Shown one piece after another: positions 21,201-33,200 of a stretch of 38,160 nucleotides of DNA. The notes under the pieces were generated by a model that was not told the origin of the DNA, did no database searches, and saw only the letters and a list, made by a program, of their open reading frames with translations. Within the stretch, counting starts at the first letter, position 1. Each line of letters starts with the position of its first letter. Origin of the DNA: Naegleria gruberi. Its lineage: Eukaryota. The stretch is taken from NCBI GenBank assembly GCA_000004985.1, contig GG739018.1. One strand, given 5' to 3'. The translations under genes were made by a program, and so were the position numbers.

Positions 21201-24200
21201 NNNNNNNNNNNNNNNNNNNNNNNNNNNNNNNNNNNNNNNNNNNNNNNNNNNNNNNNNNNNNNNNNNNNNNNNNNNNNNNNNNNNNNNNNNNNNNNNNNNN
21301 NNNNNNNNNNNNNNNNNNNNNNNNNNNNNNNNNNNNNNNNNNNNNNNNNNNNNNNNNNNNNNNNNNNNNNNNNNNNNNNNNNNNNNNNNNNNNNNNNNNN
21401 NNNNNNNNNNNNNNNNNNNNNNNNNNNNNNNNNNNNNNNNNNNNNNNNNNNNNNNNNNNNNNNNNNNNNNNNNNNNNNNNNNNNNNNNNNNNNNNNNNNN
21501 NNNNNNNNNNNNNNNNNNNNNNNNNNNNNNNNNNNNNNNNNNNNNNNNNNNNNNNNNNNNNNNNNNNNNNNNNNNNNNNNNNNNNNNNNNNNNNNNNNNN
21601 NNNNNNNNNNNNNNNNNNNNNNNNNNNNNNNNNNNNNNNNNNNNNNNNNNNNNNNNNNNNNNNNNNNNNNNNNNNNNNNNNNNNNNNNNNNNNNNNNNNN
21701 NNNNNNNNNNNNNNNNNNNNNNNNNNNNNNNNNNNNNNNNNNNNNNNNNNNNNNNNNNNNNNNNNNNNNNNNNNNNNNNNNNNNNNNNNNNNNNNNNNNN
21801 NNNNNNNNNNNNNNNNNNNNNNNNNNNNNNNNNNNNNNNNNNNNNNNNNNNNNNNNNNNNNNNNNNNNNNNNNNNNNNNNNNNNNNNNNNNNNNNNNNNN
21901 NNNNNNNNNNNNNNNNNNNNNNNNNNNNNNNNNNNNNNNNNNNNNNNNNNNNNNNNNNNNNNNNNNNNNNNNNNNNNNNNNNNNNNNNNNNNNNNNNNNN
22001 NNNNNNNNNNNNNNNNNNNNNNNNNNNNNNNNNNNNNNNNNNNNNNNNNNNNNNNNNNNNNNNNNNNNNNNNNNNNNNNNNNNNNNNNNNNNNNNNNNNN
22101 NNNNNNNNNNNNNNNNNNNNNNNNNNNNNNNNNNNNNNNNNNNNNNNNNNNNNNNNNNNNNNNNNNNNNNNNNNNNNNNNNNNNNNNNNNNNNNNNNNNN
22201 NNNNNNNNNNNNNNNNNNNNNNNNNNNNNNNNNNNNNNNNNNNNNNNNNNNNNNNNNNNNNNNNNNNNNNNNNNNNNNNNNNNNNNNNNNNNNNNNNNNN
22301 NNNNNNNNNNNNNNNNNNNNNNNNNNNNNNNNNNNNNNNNNNNNNNNNNNNNNNNNNNNNNNNNNNNNNNNNNNNNNNNNNNNNNNNNNNNNNNNNNNNN
22401 NNNNNNNNNNNNNNNNNNNNNNNNNNNNNNNNNNNNNNNNNNNNNNNNNNNNNNNNNNNNNNNNNNNNNNNNNNNNNNNNNNNNNNNNNNNNNNNNNNNN
22501 NNNNNNNNNNNNNNNNNNNNNNNNNNNNNNNNNNNNNNNNNNNNNNNNNNNNNNNNNNNNNNNNNNNNNNNNNNNNNNNNNNNNNNNNNNNNNNNNNNNN
22601 NNNNNNNNNNNNNNNNNNNNNNNNNNNNNNNNNNNNNNNNNNNNNNNNNNNNNNNNNNNNNNNNNNNNNNNNNNNNNNNNNNNNNNNNNNNNNNNNNNNN
22701 NNNNNNNNNNNNNNNNNNNNNNNNNNNNNNNNNNNNNNNNNNNNNNNNNNNNNNNNNNNNNNNNNNNNNNNNNNNNNNNNNNNNNNNNNNNNNNNNNNNN
22801 NNNNNNNNNNNNNNNNNNNNNNNNNNNNNNNNNNNNNNNNNNNNNNNNNNNNNNNNNNNNNNNNNNNNNNNNNNNNNNNNNNNNNNNNNNNNNNNNNNNN
22901 NNNNNNNNNNNNNNNNNNNNNNNNNNNNNNNNNNNNNNNNNNNNNNNNNNNNNNNNNNNNNNNNNNNNNNNNNNNNNNNNNNNNNNNNNNNNNNNNNNNN
23001 NNNNNNNNNNNNNNNNNNNNNNNNNNNNNNNNNNNNNNNNNNNNNNNNNNNNNNNNNNNNNNNNNNNNNNNNNNNNNNNNNNNNNNNNNNNNNNNNNNNN
23101 NNNNNNNNNNNNNNNNNNNNNNNNNNNNNNNNNNNNNNNNNNNNNNNNNNNNNNNNNNNNNNNNNNNNNNNNNNNNNNNNNNNNNNNNNNNNNNNNNNNN
23201 NNNNNNNNNNNNNNNNNNNNNNNNNNNNNNNNNNNNNNNNNNNNNNNNNNNNNNNNNNNNNNNNNNNNNNNNNNNNNNNNNNNNNNNNNNNNNNNNNNNN
23301 NNNNNNNNNNNNNNNNNNNNNNNNNNNNNNNNNNNNNNNNNNNNNNNNNNNNNNNNNNNNNNNNNNNNNNNNNNNNNNNNNNNNNNNNNNNNNNNNNNNN
23401 NNNNNNNNNNNNNNNNNNNNNNNNNNNNNNNNNNNNNNNNNNNNNNNNNNNNNNNNNNNNNNNNNNNNNNNNNNNNNNNNNNNNNNNNNNNNNNNNNNNN
23501 NNNNNNNNNNNNNNNNNNNNNNNNNNNNNNNNNNNNNNNNNNNNNNNNNNNNNNNNNNNNNNNNNNNNNNNNNNNNNNNNNNNNNNNNNNNNNNNNNNNN
23601 NNNNNNNNNNNNNNNNNNNNNNNNNNNNNNNNNNNNNNNNNNNNNNNNNNNNNNNNNNNNNNNNNNNNNNNNNNNNNNNNNNNNNNNNNNNNNNNNNNNN
23701 NNNNNNNNNNNNNNNNNNNNNNNNNNNNNNNNNNNNNNNNNNNNNNNNNNNNNNNNNNNNNNNNNNNNNNNNNNNNNNNNNNNNNNNNNNNNNNNNNNNN
23801 NNNNNNNNNNNNNNNNNNNNNNNNNNNNNNNNNNNNNNNNNNNNNNNNNNNNNNNNNNNNNNNNNNNNNNNNNNNNNNNNNNNNNNNNNNNNNNNNNNNN
23901 NNNNNNNNNNNNNNNNNNNNNNNNNNNNNNNNNNNNNNNNNNNNNNNNNNNNNNNNNNNNNNNNNNNNNNNNNNNNNNNNNNNNNNNNNNNNNNNNNNNN
24001 NNNNNNNNNNNNNNNNNNNNNNNNNNNNNNNNNNNNNNNNNNNNNNNNNNNNNNNNNNNNNNNNNNNNNNNNNNNNNNNNNNNNNNNNNNNNNNNNNNNN
24101 NNNNNNNNNNNNNNNNNNNNNNNNNNNNNNNNNNNNNNNNNNNNNNNNNNNNNNNNNNNNNNNNNNNNNNNNNNNNNNNNNNNNNNNNNNNNNNNNNNNN

Positions 24201-27200
24201 NNNNNNNNNNNNNNNNNNNNNNNNNNNNNNNNNNNNNNNNNNNNNNNNNNNNNNNNNNNNNNNNNNNNNNNNNNNNNNNNNNNNNNNNNNNNNNNNNNNN
24301 NNNNNNNNNNNNNNNNNNNNNNNNNNNNNNNNNNNNNNNNNNNNNNNNNNNNNNNNNNNNNNNNNNNNNNNNNNNNNNNNNNNNNNNNNNNNNNNNNNNN
24401 NNNNNNNNNNNNNNNNNNNNNNNNNNNNNNNNNNNNNNNNNNNNNNNNNNNNNNNNNNNNNNNNNNNNNNNNNNNNNNNNNNNNNNNNNNNNNNNNNNNN
24501 NNNNNNNNNNNNNNNNNNNNNNNNNNNNNNNNNNNNNNNNNNNNNNNNNNNNNNNNNNNNNNNNNNNNNNNNNNNNNNNNNNNNNNNNNNNNNNNNNNNN
24601 NNNNNNNNNNNNNNNNNNNNNNNNNNNNNNNNNNNNNNNNNNNNNNNNNNNNNNNNNNNNNNNNNNNNNNNNNNNNNNNNNNNNNNNNNNNNNNNNNNNN
24701 NNNNNNNNNNNNNNNNNNNNNNNNNNNNNNNNNNNNNNNNNNNNNNNNNNNNNNNNNNNNNNNNNNNNNNNNNNNNNNNNNNNNNNNNNNNNNNNNNNNN
24801 NNNNNNNNNNNNNNNNNNNNNNNNNNNNNNNNNNNNNNNNNNNNNNNNNNNNNNNNNNNNNNNNNNNNNNNNNNNNNNNNNNNNNNNNNNNNNNNNNNNN
24901 NNNNNNNNNNNNNNNNNNNNNNNNNNNNNNNNNNNNNNNNNNNNNNNNNNNNNNNNNNNNNNNNNNNNNNNNNNNNNNNNNNNNNNNNNNNNNNNNNNNN
25001 NNNNNNNNNNNNNNNNNNNNNNNNNNNNNNNNNNNNNNNNNNNNNNNNNNNNNNNNNNNNNNNNNNNNNNNNNNNNNNNNNNNNNNNNNNNNNNNNNNNN
25101 NNNNNNNNNNNNNNNNNNNNNNNNNNNNNNNNNNNNNNNNNNNNNNNNNNNNNNNNNNNNNNNNNNNNNNNNNNNNNNNNNNNNNNNNNNNNNNNNNNNN
25201 NNNNNNNNNNNNNNNNNNNNNNNNNNNNNNNNNNNNNNNNNNNNNNNNNNNNNNNNNNNNNNNNNNNNNNNNNNNNNNNNNNNNNNNNNNNNNNNNNNNN
25301 NNNNNNNNNNNNNNNNNNNNNNNNNNNNNNNNNNNNNNNNNNNNNNNNNNNNNNNNNNNNNNNNNNNNNNNNNNNNNNNNNNNNNNNNNNNNNNNNNNNN
25401 NNNNNNNNNNNNNNNNNNNNNNNNNNNNNNNNNNNNNNNNNNNNNNNNNNNNNNNNNNNNNNNNNNNNNNNNNNNNNNNNNNNNNNNNNNNNNNNNNNNN
25501 NNNNNNNNNNNNNNNNNNNNNNNNNNNNNNNNNNNNNNNNNNNNNNNNNNNNNNNNNNNNNNNNNNNNNNNNNNNNNNNNNNNNNNNNNNNNNNNNNNNN
25601 NNNNNNNNNNNNNNNNNNNNNNNNNNNNNNNNNNNNNNNNNNNNNNNNNNNNNNNNNNNNNNNNNNNNNNNNNNNNNNNNNNNNNNNNNNNNNNNNNNNN
25701 NNNNNNNNNNNNNNNNNNNNNNNNNNNNNNNNNNNNNNNNNNNNNNNNNNNNNNNNNNNNNNNNNNNNNNNNNNNNNNNNNNNNNNNNNNNNNNNNNNNN
25801 NNNNNNNNNNNNNNNNNNNNNNNNNNNNNNNNNNNNNNNNNNNNNNNNNNNNNNNNNNNNNNNNNNNNNNNNNNNNNNNNNNNNNNNNNNNNNNNNNNNN
25901 NNNNNNNNNNNNNNNNNNNNNNNNNNNNNNNNNNNNNNNNNNNNNNNNNNNNNNNNNNNNNNNNNNNNNNNNNNNNNNNNNNNNNNNNNNNNNNNNNNNN
26001 NNNNNNNNNNNNNNNNNNNNNNNNNNNNNNNNNNNNNNNNNNNNNNNNNNNNNNNNNNNNNNNNNNNNNNNNNNNNNNNNNNNNNNNNNNNNNNNNNNNN
26101 NNNNNNNNNNNNNNNNNNNNNNNNNNNNNNNNNNNNNNNNNNNNNNNNNNNNNNNNNNNNNNNNNNNNNNNNNNNNNNNNNNNNNNNNNNNNNNNNNNNN
26201 NNNNNNNNNNNNNNNNNNNNNNNNNNNNNNNNNNNNNNNNNNNNNNNNNNNNNNNNNNNNNNNNNNNNNNNNNNNNNNNNNNNNNNNNNNNNNNNNNNNN
26301 NNNNNNNNNNNNNNNNNNNNNNNNNNNNNNNNNNNNNNNNNNNNNNNNNNNNNNNNNNNNNNNNNNNNNNNNNNNNNNNNNNNNNNNNNNNNNNNNNNNN
26401 NNNNNNNNNNNNNNNNNNNNNNNNNNNNNNNNNNNNNNNNNNNNNNNNNNNNNNNNNNNNNNNNNNNNNNNNNNNNNNNNNNNNNNNNNNNNNNNNNNNN
26501 NNNNNNNNNNNNNNNNNNNNNNNNNNNNNNNNNNNNNNNNNNNNNNNNNNNNNNNNNNNNNNNNNNNNNNNNNNNNNNNNNNNNNNNNNNNNNNNNNNNN
26601 NNNNNNNNNNNNNNNNNNNNNNNNNNNNNNNNNNNNNNNNNNNNNNNNNNNNNNNNNNNNNNNNNNNNNNNNNNNNNNNNNNNNNNNNNNNNNNNNNNNN
26701 NNNNNNNNNNNNNNNNNNNNNNNNNNNNNNNNNNNNNNNNNNNNNNNNNNNNNNNNNNNNNNNNNNNNNNNNNNNNNNNNNNNNNNNNNNNNNNNNNNNN
26801 NNNNNNNNNNNNNNNNNNNNNNNNNNNNNNNNNNNNNNNNNNNNNNNNNNNNNNNNNNNNNNNNNNNNNNNNNNNNNNNNNNNNNNNNNNNNNNNNNNNN
26901 NNNNNNNNNNNNNNNNNNNNNNNNNNNNNNNNNNNNNNNNNNNNNNNNNNNNNNNNNNNNNNNNNNNNNNNNNNNNNNNNNNNNNNNNNNNNNNNNNNNN
27001 NNNNNNNNNNNNNNNNNNNNNNNNNNNNNNNNNNNNNNNNNNNNNNNNNNNNNNNNNNNNNNNNNNNNNNNNNNNNNNNNNNNNNNNNNNNNNNNNNNNN
27101 NNNNNNNNNNNNNNNNNNNNNNNNNNNNNNNNNNNNNNNNNNNNNNNNNNNNNNNNNNNNNNNNNNNNNNNNNNNNNNNNNNNNNNNNNNNNNNNNNNNN

Positions 27201-30200
27201 NNNNNNNNNNNNNNNNNNNNNNNNNNNNNNNNNNNNNNNNNNNNNNNNNNNNNNNNNNNNNNNNNNNNNNNNNNNNNNNNNNNNNNNNNNNNNNNNNNNN
27301 NNNNNNNNNNNNNNNNNNNNNNNNNNNNNNNNNNNNNNNNNNNNNNNNNNNNNNNNNNNNNNNNNNNNNNNNNNNNNNNNNNNNNNNNNNNNNNNNNNNN
27401 NNNNNNNNNNNNNNNNNNNNNNNNNNNNNNNNNNNNNNNNNNNNNNNNNNNNNNNNNNNNNNNNNNNNNNNNNNNNNNNNNNNNNNNNNNNNNNNNNNNN
27501 NNNNNNNNNNNNNNNNNNNNNNNNNNNNNNNNNNNNNNNNNNNNNNNNNNNNNNNNNNNNNNNNNNNNNNNNNNNNNNNNNNNNNNNNNNNNNNNNNNNN
27601 NNNNNNNNNNNNNNNNNNNNNNNNNNNNNNNNNNNNNNNNNNNNNNNNNNNNNNNNNNNNNNNNNNNNNNNNNNNNNNNNNNNNNNNNNNNNNNNNNNNN
27701 NNNNNNNNNNNNNNNNNNNNNNNNNNNNNNNNNNNNNNNNNNNNNNNNNNNNNNNNNNNNNNNNNNNNNNNNNNNNNNNNNNNNNNNNNNNNNNNNNNNN
27801 NNNNNNNNNNNNNNNNNNNNNNNNNNNNNNNNNNNNNNNNNNNNNNNNNNNNNNNNNNNNNNNNNNNNNNNNNNNNNNNNNNNNNNNNNNNNNNNNNNNN
27901 NNNNNNNNNNNNNNNNNNNNNNNNNNNNNNNNNNNNNNNNNNNNNNNNNNNNNNNNNNNNNNNNNNNNNNNNNNNNNNNNNNNNNNNNNNNNNNNNNNNN
28001 NNNNNNNNNNNNNNNNNNNNNNNNNNNNNNNNNNNNNNNNNNNNNNNNNNNNNNNNNNNNNNNNNNNNNNNNNNNNNNNNNNNNNNNNNNNNNNNNNNNN
28101 NNNNNNNNNNNNNNNNNNNNNNNNNNNNNNNNNNNNNNNNNNNNNNNNNNNNNNNNNNNNNNNNNNNNNNNNNNNNNNNNNNNNNNNNNNNNNNNNNNNN
28201 NNNNNNNNNNNNNNNNNNNNNNNNNNNNNNNNNNNNNNNNNNNNNNNNNNNNNNNNNNNNNNNNNNNNNNNNNNNNNNNNNNNNNNNNNNNNNNNNNNNN
28301 NNNNNNNNNNNNNNNNNNNNNNNNNNNNNNNNNNNNNNNNNNNNNNNNNNNNNNNNNNNNNNNNNNNNNNNNNNNNNNNNNNNNNNNNNNNNNNNNNNNN
28401 NNNNNNNNNNNNNNNNNNNNNNNNNNNNNNNNNNNNNNNNNNNNNNNNNNNNNNNNNNNNNNNNNNNNNNNNNNNNNNNNNNNNNNNNNNNNNNNNNNNN
28501 NNNNNNNNNNNNNNNNNNNNNNNNNNNNNNNNNNNNNNNNNNNNNNNNNNNNNNNNNNNNNNNNNNNNNNNNNNNNNNNNNNNNNNNNNNNNNNNNNNNN
28601 NNNNNNNNNNNNNNNNNNNNNNNNNNNNNNNNNNNNNNNNNNNNNNNNNNNNNNNNNNNNNNNNNNNNNNNNNNNNNNNNNNNNNNNNNNNNNNNNNNNN
28701 NNNNNNNNNNNNNNNNNNNNNNNNNNNNNNNNNNNNNNNNNNNNNNNNNNNNNNNNNNNNNNNNNNNNNNNNNNNNNNNNNNNNNNNNNNNNNNNNNNNN
28801 NNNNNNNNNNNNNNNNNNNNNNNNNNNNNNNNNNNNNNNNNNNNNNNNNNNNNNNNNNNNNNNNNNNNNNNNNNNNNNNNNNNNNNNNNNNNNNNNNNNN
28901 NNNNNNNNNNNNNNNNNNNNNNNNNNNNNNNNNNNNNNNNNNNNNNNNNNNNNNNNNNNNNNNNNNNNNNNNNNNNNNNNNNNNNNNNNNNNNNNNNNNN
29001 NNNNNNNNNNNNNNNNNNNNNNNNNNNNNNNNNNNNNNNNNNNNNNNNNNNNNNNNNNNNNNNNNNNNNNNNNNNNNNNNNNNNNNNNNNNNNNNNNNNN
29101 NNNNNNNNNNNNNNNNNNNNNNNNNNNNNNNNNNNNNNNNNNNNNNNNNNNNNNNNNNNNNNNNNNNNNNNNNNNNNNNNNNNNNNNNNNNNNNNNNNNN
29201 NNNNNNNNNNNNNNNNNNNNNNNNNNNNNNNNNNNNNNNNNNNNNNNNNNNNNNNNNNNNNNNNNNNNNNNNNNNNNNNNNNNNNNNNNNNNNNNNNNNN
29301 NNNNNNNNNNNNNNNNNNNNNNNNNNNNNNNNNNNNNNNNNNNNNNNNNNNNNNNNNNNNNNNNNNNNNNNNNNNNNNNNNNNNNNNNNNNNNNNNNNNN
29401 NNNNNNNNNNNNNNNNNNNNNNNNNNNNNNNNNNNNNNNNNNNNNNNNNNNNNNNNNNNNNNNNNNNNNNNNNNNNNNNNNNNNNNNNNNNNNNNNNNNN
29501 NNNNNNNNNNNNNNNNNNNNNNNNNNNNNNNNNNNNNNNNNNNNNNNNNNNNNNNNNNNNNNNNNNNNNNNNNNNNNNNNNNNNNNNNNNNNNNNNNNNN
29601 NNNNNNNNNNNNNNNNNNNNNNNNNNNNNNNNNNNNNNNNNNNNNNNNNNNNNNNNNNNNNNNNNNNNNNNNNNNNNNNNNNNNNNNNNNNNNNNNNNNN
29701 NNNNNNNNNNNNNNNNNNNNNNNNNNNNNNNNNNNNNNNNNNNNNNNNNNNNNNNNNNNNNNNNNNNNNNNNNNNNNNNNNNNNNNNNNNNNNNNNNNNN
29801 NNNNNNNNNNNNNNNNNNNNNNNNNNNNNNNNNNNNNNNNNNNNNNNNNNNNNNNNNNNNNNNNNNNNNNNNNNNNNNNNNNNNNNNNNNNNNNNNNNNN
29901 NNNNNNNNNNNNNNNNNNNNNNNNNNNNNNNNNNNNNNNNNNNNNNNNNNNNNNNNNNNNNNNNNNNNNNNNNNNNNNNNNNNNNNNNNNNNNNNNNNNN
30001 NNNNNNNNNNNNNNNNNNNNNNNNNNNNNNNNNNNNNNNNNNNNNNNNNNNNNNNNNNNNNNNNNNNNNNNNNNNNNNNNNNNNNNNNNNNNNNNNNNNN
30101 NNNNNNNNNNNNNNNNNNNNNNNNNNNNNNNNNNNNNNNNNNNNNNNNNNNNNNNNNNNNNNNNNNNNNNNNNNNNNNNNNNNNNNNNNNNNNNNNNNNN

Positions 30201-33200
30201 NNNNNNNNNNNNNNNNNNNNNNNNNNNNNNNNNNNNNNNNNNNNNNNNNNNNNNNNNNNNNNNNNNNNNNNNNNNNNNNNNNNNNNNNNNNNNNNNNNNN
30301 NNNNNNNNNNNNNNNNNNNNNNNNNNNNNNNNNNNNNNNNNNNNNNNNNNNNNNNNNNNNNNNNNNNNNNNNNNNNNNNNNNNNNNNNNNNNNNNNNNNN
30401 NNNNNNNNNNNNNNNNNNNNNNNNNNNNNNNNNNNNNNNNNNNNNNNNNNNNNNNNNNNNNNNNNNNNNNNNNNNNNNNNNNNNNNNNNNNNNNNNNNNN
30501 NNNNNNNNNNNNNNNNNNNNNNNNNNNNNNNNNNNNNNNNNNNNNNNNNNNNNNNNNNNNNNNNNNNNNNNNNNNNNNNNNNNNNNNNNNNNNNNNNNNN
30601 NNNNNNNNNNNNNNNNNNNNNNNNNNNNNNNNNNNNNNNNNNNNNNNNNNNNNNNNNNNNNNNNNNNNNNNNNNNNNNNNNNNNNNNNNNNNNNNNNNNN
30701 NNNNNNNNNNNNNNNNNNNNNNNNNNNNNNNNNNNNNNNNNNNNNNNNNNNNNNNNNNNNNNNNNNNNNNNNNNNNNNNNNNNNNNNNNNNNNNNNNNNN
30801 NNNNNNNNNNNNNNNNNNNNNNNNNNNNNNNNNNNNNNNNNNNNNNNNNNNNNNNNNNNNNNNNNNNNNNNNNNNNNNNNNNNNNNNNNNNNNNNNNNNN
30901 NNNNNNNNNNNNNNNNNNNNNNNNNNNNNNNNNNNNNNNNNNNNNNNNNNNNNNNNNNNNNNNNNNNNNNNNNNNNNNNNNNNNNNNNNNNNNNNNNNNN
31001 NNNNNNNNNNNNNNNNNNNNNNNNNNNNNNNNNNNNNNNNNNNNNNNNNNNNNNNNNNNNNNNNNNNNNNNNNNNNNNNNNNNNNNNNNNNNNNNNNNNN
31101 NNNNNNNNNNNNNNNNNNNNNNNNNNNNNNNNNNNNNNNNNNNNNNNNNNNNNNNNNNNNNNNNNNNNNNNNNNNNNNNNNNNNNNNNNNNNNNNNNNNN
31201 NNNNNNNNNNNNNNNNNNNNNNNNNNNNNNNNNNNNNNNNNNNNNNNNNNNNNNNNNNNNNNNNNNNNNNNNNNNNNNNNNNNNNNNNNNNNNNNNNNNN
31301 NNNNNNNNNNNNNNNNNNNNNNNNNNNNNNNNNNNNNNNNNNNNNNNNNNNNNNNNNNNNNNNNNNNNNNNNNNNNNNNNNNNNNNNNNNNNNNNNNNNN
31401 NNNNNNNNNNNNNNNNNNNNNNNNNNNNNNNNNNNNNNNNNNNNNNNNNNNNNNNNNNNNNNNNNNNNNNNNNNNNNNNNNNNNNNNNNNNNNNNNNNNN
31501 NNNNNNNNNNNNNNNNNNNNNNNNNNNNNNNNNNNNNNNNNNNNNNNNNNNNNNNNNNNNNNNNNNNNNNNNNNNNNNNNNNNNNNNNNNNNNNNNNNNN
31601 NNNNNNNNNNNNNNNNNNNNNNNNNNNNNNNNNNNNNNNNNNNNNNNNNNNNNNNNNNNNNNNNNNNNNNNNNNNNNNNNNNNNNNNNNNNNNNNNNNNN
31701 NNNNNNNNNNNNNNNNNNNNNNNNNNNNNNNNNNNNNNNNNNNNNNNNNNNNNNNNNNNNNNNNNNNNNNNNNNNNNNNNNNNNNNNNNNNNNNNNNNNN
31801 NNNNNNNNNNNNNNNNNNNNNNNNNNNNNNNNNNNNNNNNNNNNNNNNNNNNNNNNNNNNNNNNNNNNNNNNNNNNNNNNNNNNNNNNNNNNNNNNNNNN
31901 NNNNNNNNNNNNNNNNNNNNNNNNNNNNNNNNNNNNNNNNNNNNNNNNNNNNNNNNNNNNNNNNNNNNNNNNNNNNNNNNNNNNNNNNNNNNNNNNNNNN
32001 NNNNNNNNNNNNNNNNNNNNNNNNNNNNNNNNNNNNNNNNNNNNNNNNNNNNNNNNNNNNNNNNNNNNNNNNNNNNNNNNNNNNNNNNNNNNNNNNNNNN
32101 NNNNNNNNNNNNNNNNNNNNNNNNNNNNNNNNNNNNNNNNNNNNNNNNNNNNNNNNNNNNNNNNNNNNNNNNNNNNNNNNNNNNNNNNNNNNNNNNNNNN
32201 NNNNNNNNNNNNNNNNNNNNNNNNNNNNNNNNNNNNNNNNNNNNNNNNNNNNNNNNNNNNNNNNNNNNNNNNNNNNNNNNNNNNNNNNNNNNNNNNNNNN
32301 NNNNNNNNNNNNNNNNNNNNNNNNNNNNNNNNNNNNNNNNNNNNNNNNNNNNNNNNNNNNNNNNNNNNNNNNNNNNNNNNNNNNNNNNNNNNNNNNNNNN
32401 NNNNNNNNNNNNNNNNNNNNNNNNNNNNNNNNNNNNNNNNNNNNNNNNNNNNNNNNNNNNNNNNNNNNNNNNNNNNNNNNNNNNNNNNNNNNNNNNNNNN
32501 NNNNNNNNNNNNNNNNNNNNNNNNNNNNNNNNNNNNNNNNNNNNNNNNNNNNNNNNNNNNNNNNNNNNNNNNNNNNNNNNNNNNNNNNNNNNNNNNNNNN
32601 NNNNNNNNNNNNNNNNNNNNNNNNNNNNNNNNNNNNNNNNNNNNNNNNNNNNNNNNNNNNNNNNNNNNNNNNNNNNNNNNNNNNNNNNNNNNNNNNNNNN
32701 NNNNNNNNNNNNNNNNNNNNNNNNNNNNNNNNNNNNNNNNNNNNNNNNNNNNNNNNNNNNNNNNNNNNNNNNNNNNNNNNNNNNNNNNNNNNNNNNNNNN
32801 NNNNNNNNNNNNNNNNNNNNNNNNNNNNNNNNNNNNNNNNNNNNNNNNNNNNNNNNNNNNNNNNNNNNNNNNNNNNNNNNNNNNNNNNNNNNNNNNNNNN
32901 NNNNNNNNNNNNNNNNNNNNNNNNNNNNNNNNNNNNNNNNNNNNNNNNNNNNNNNNNNNNNNNNNNNNNNNNNNNNNNNNNNNNNNNNNNNNNNNNNNNN
33001 NNNNNNNNNNNNNNNNNNNNNNNNNNNNNNNNNNNNNNNNNNNNNNNNNNNNNNNNNNNNNNNNNNNNNNNNNNNNNNNNNNNNNNNNNNNNNNNNNNNN
33101 NNNNNNNNNNNNNNNNNNNNNNNNNNNNNNNNNNNNNNNNNNNNNNNNNNNNNNNNNNNNNNNNNNNNNNNNNNNNNNNNNNNNNNNNNNNNNNNNNNNN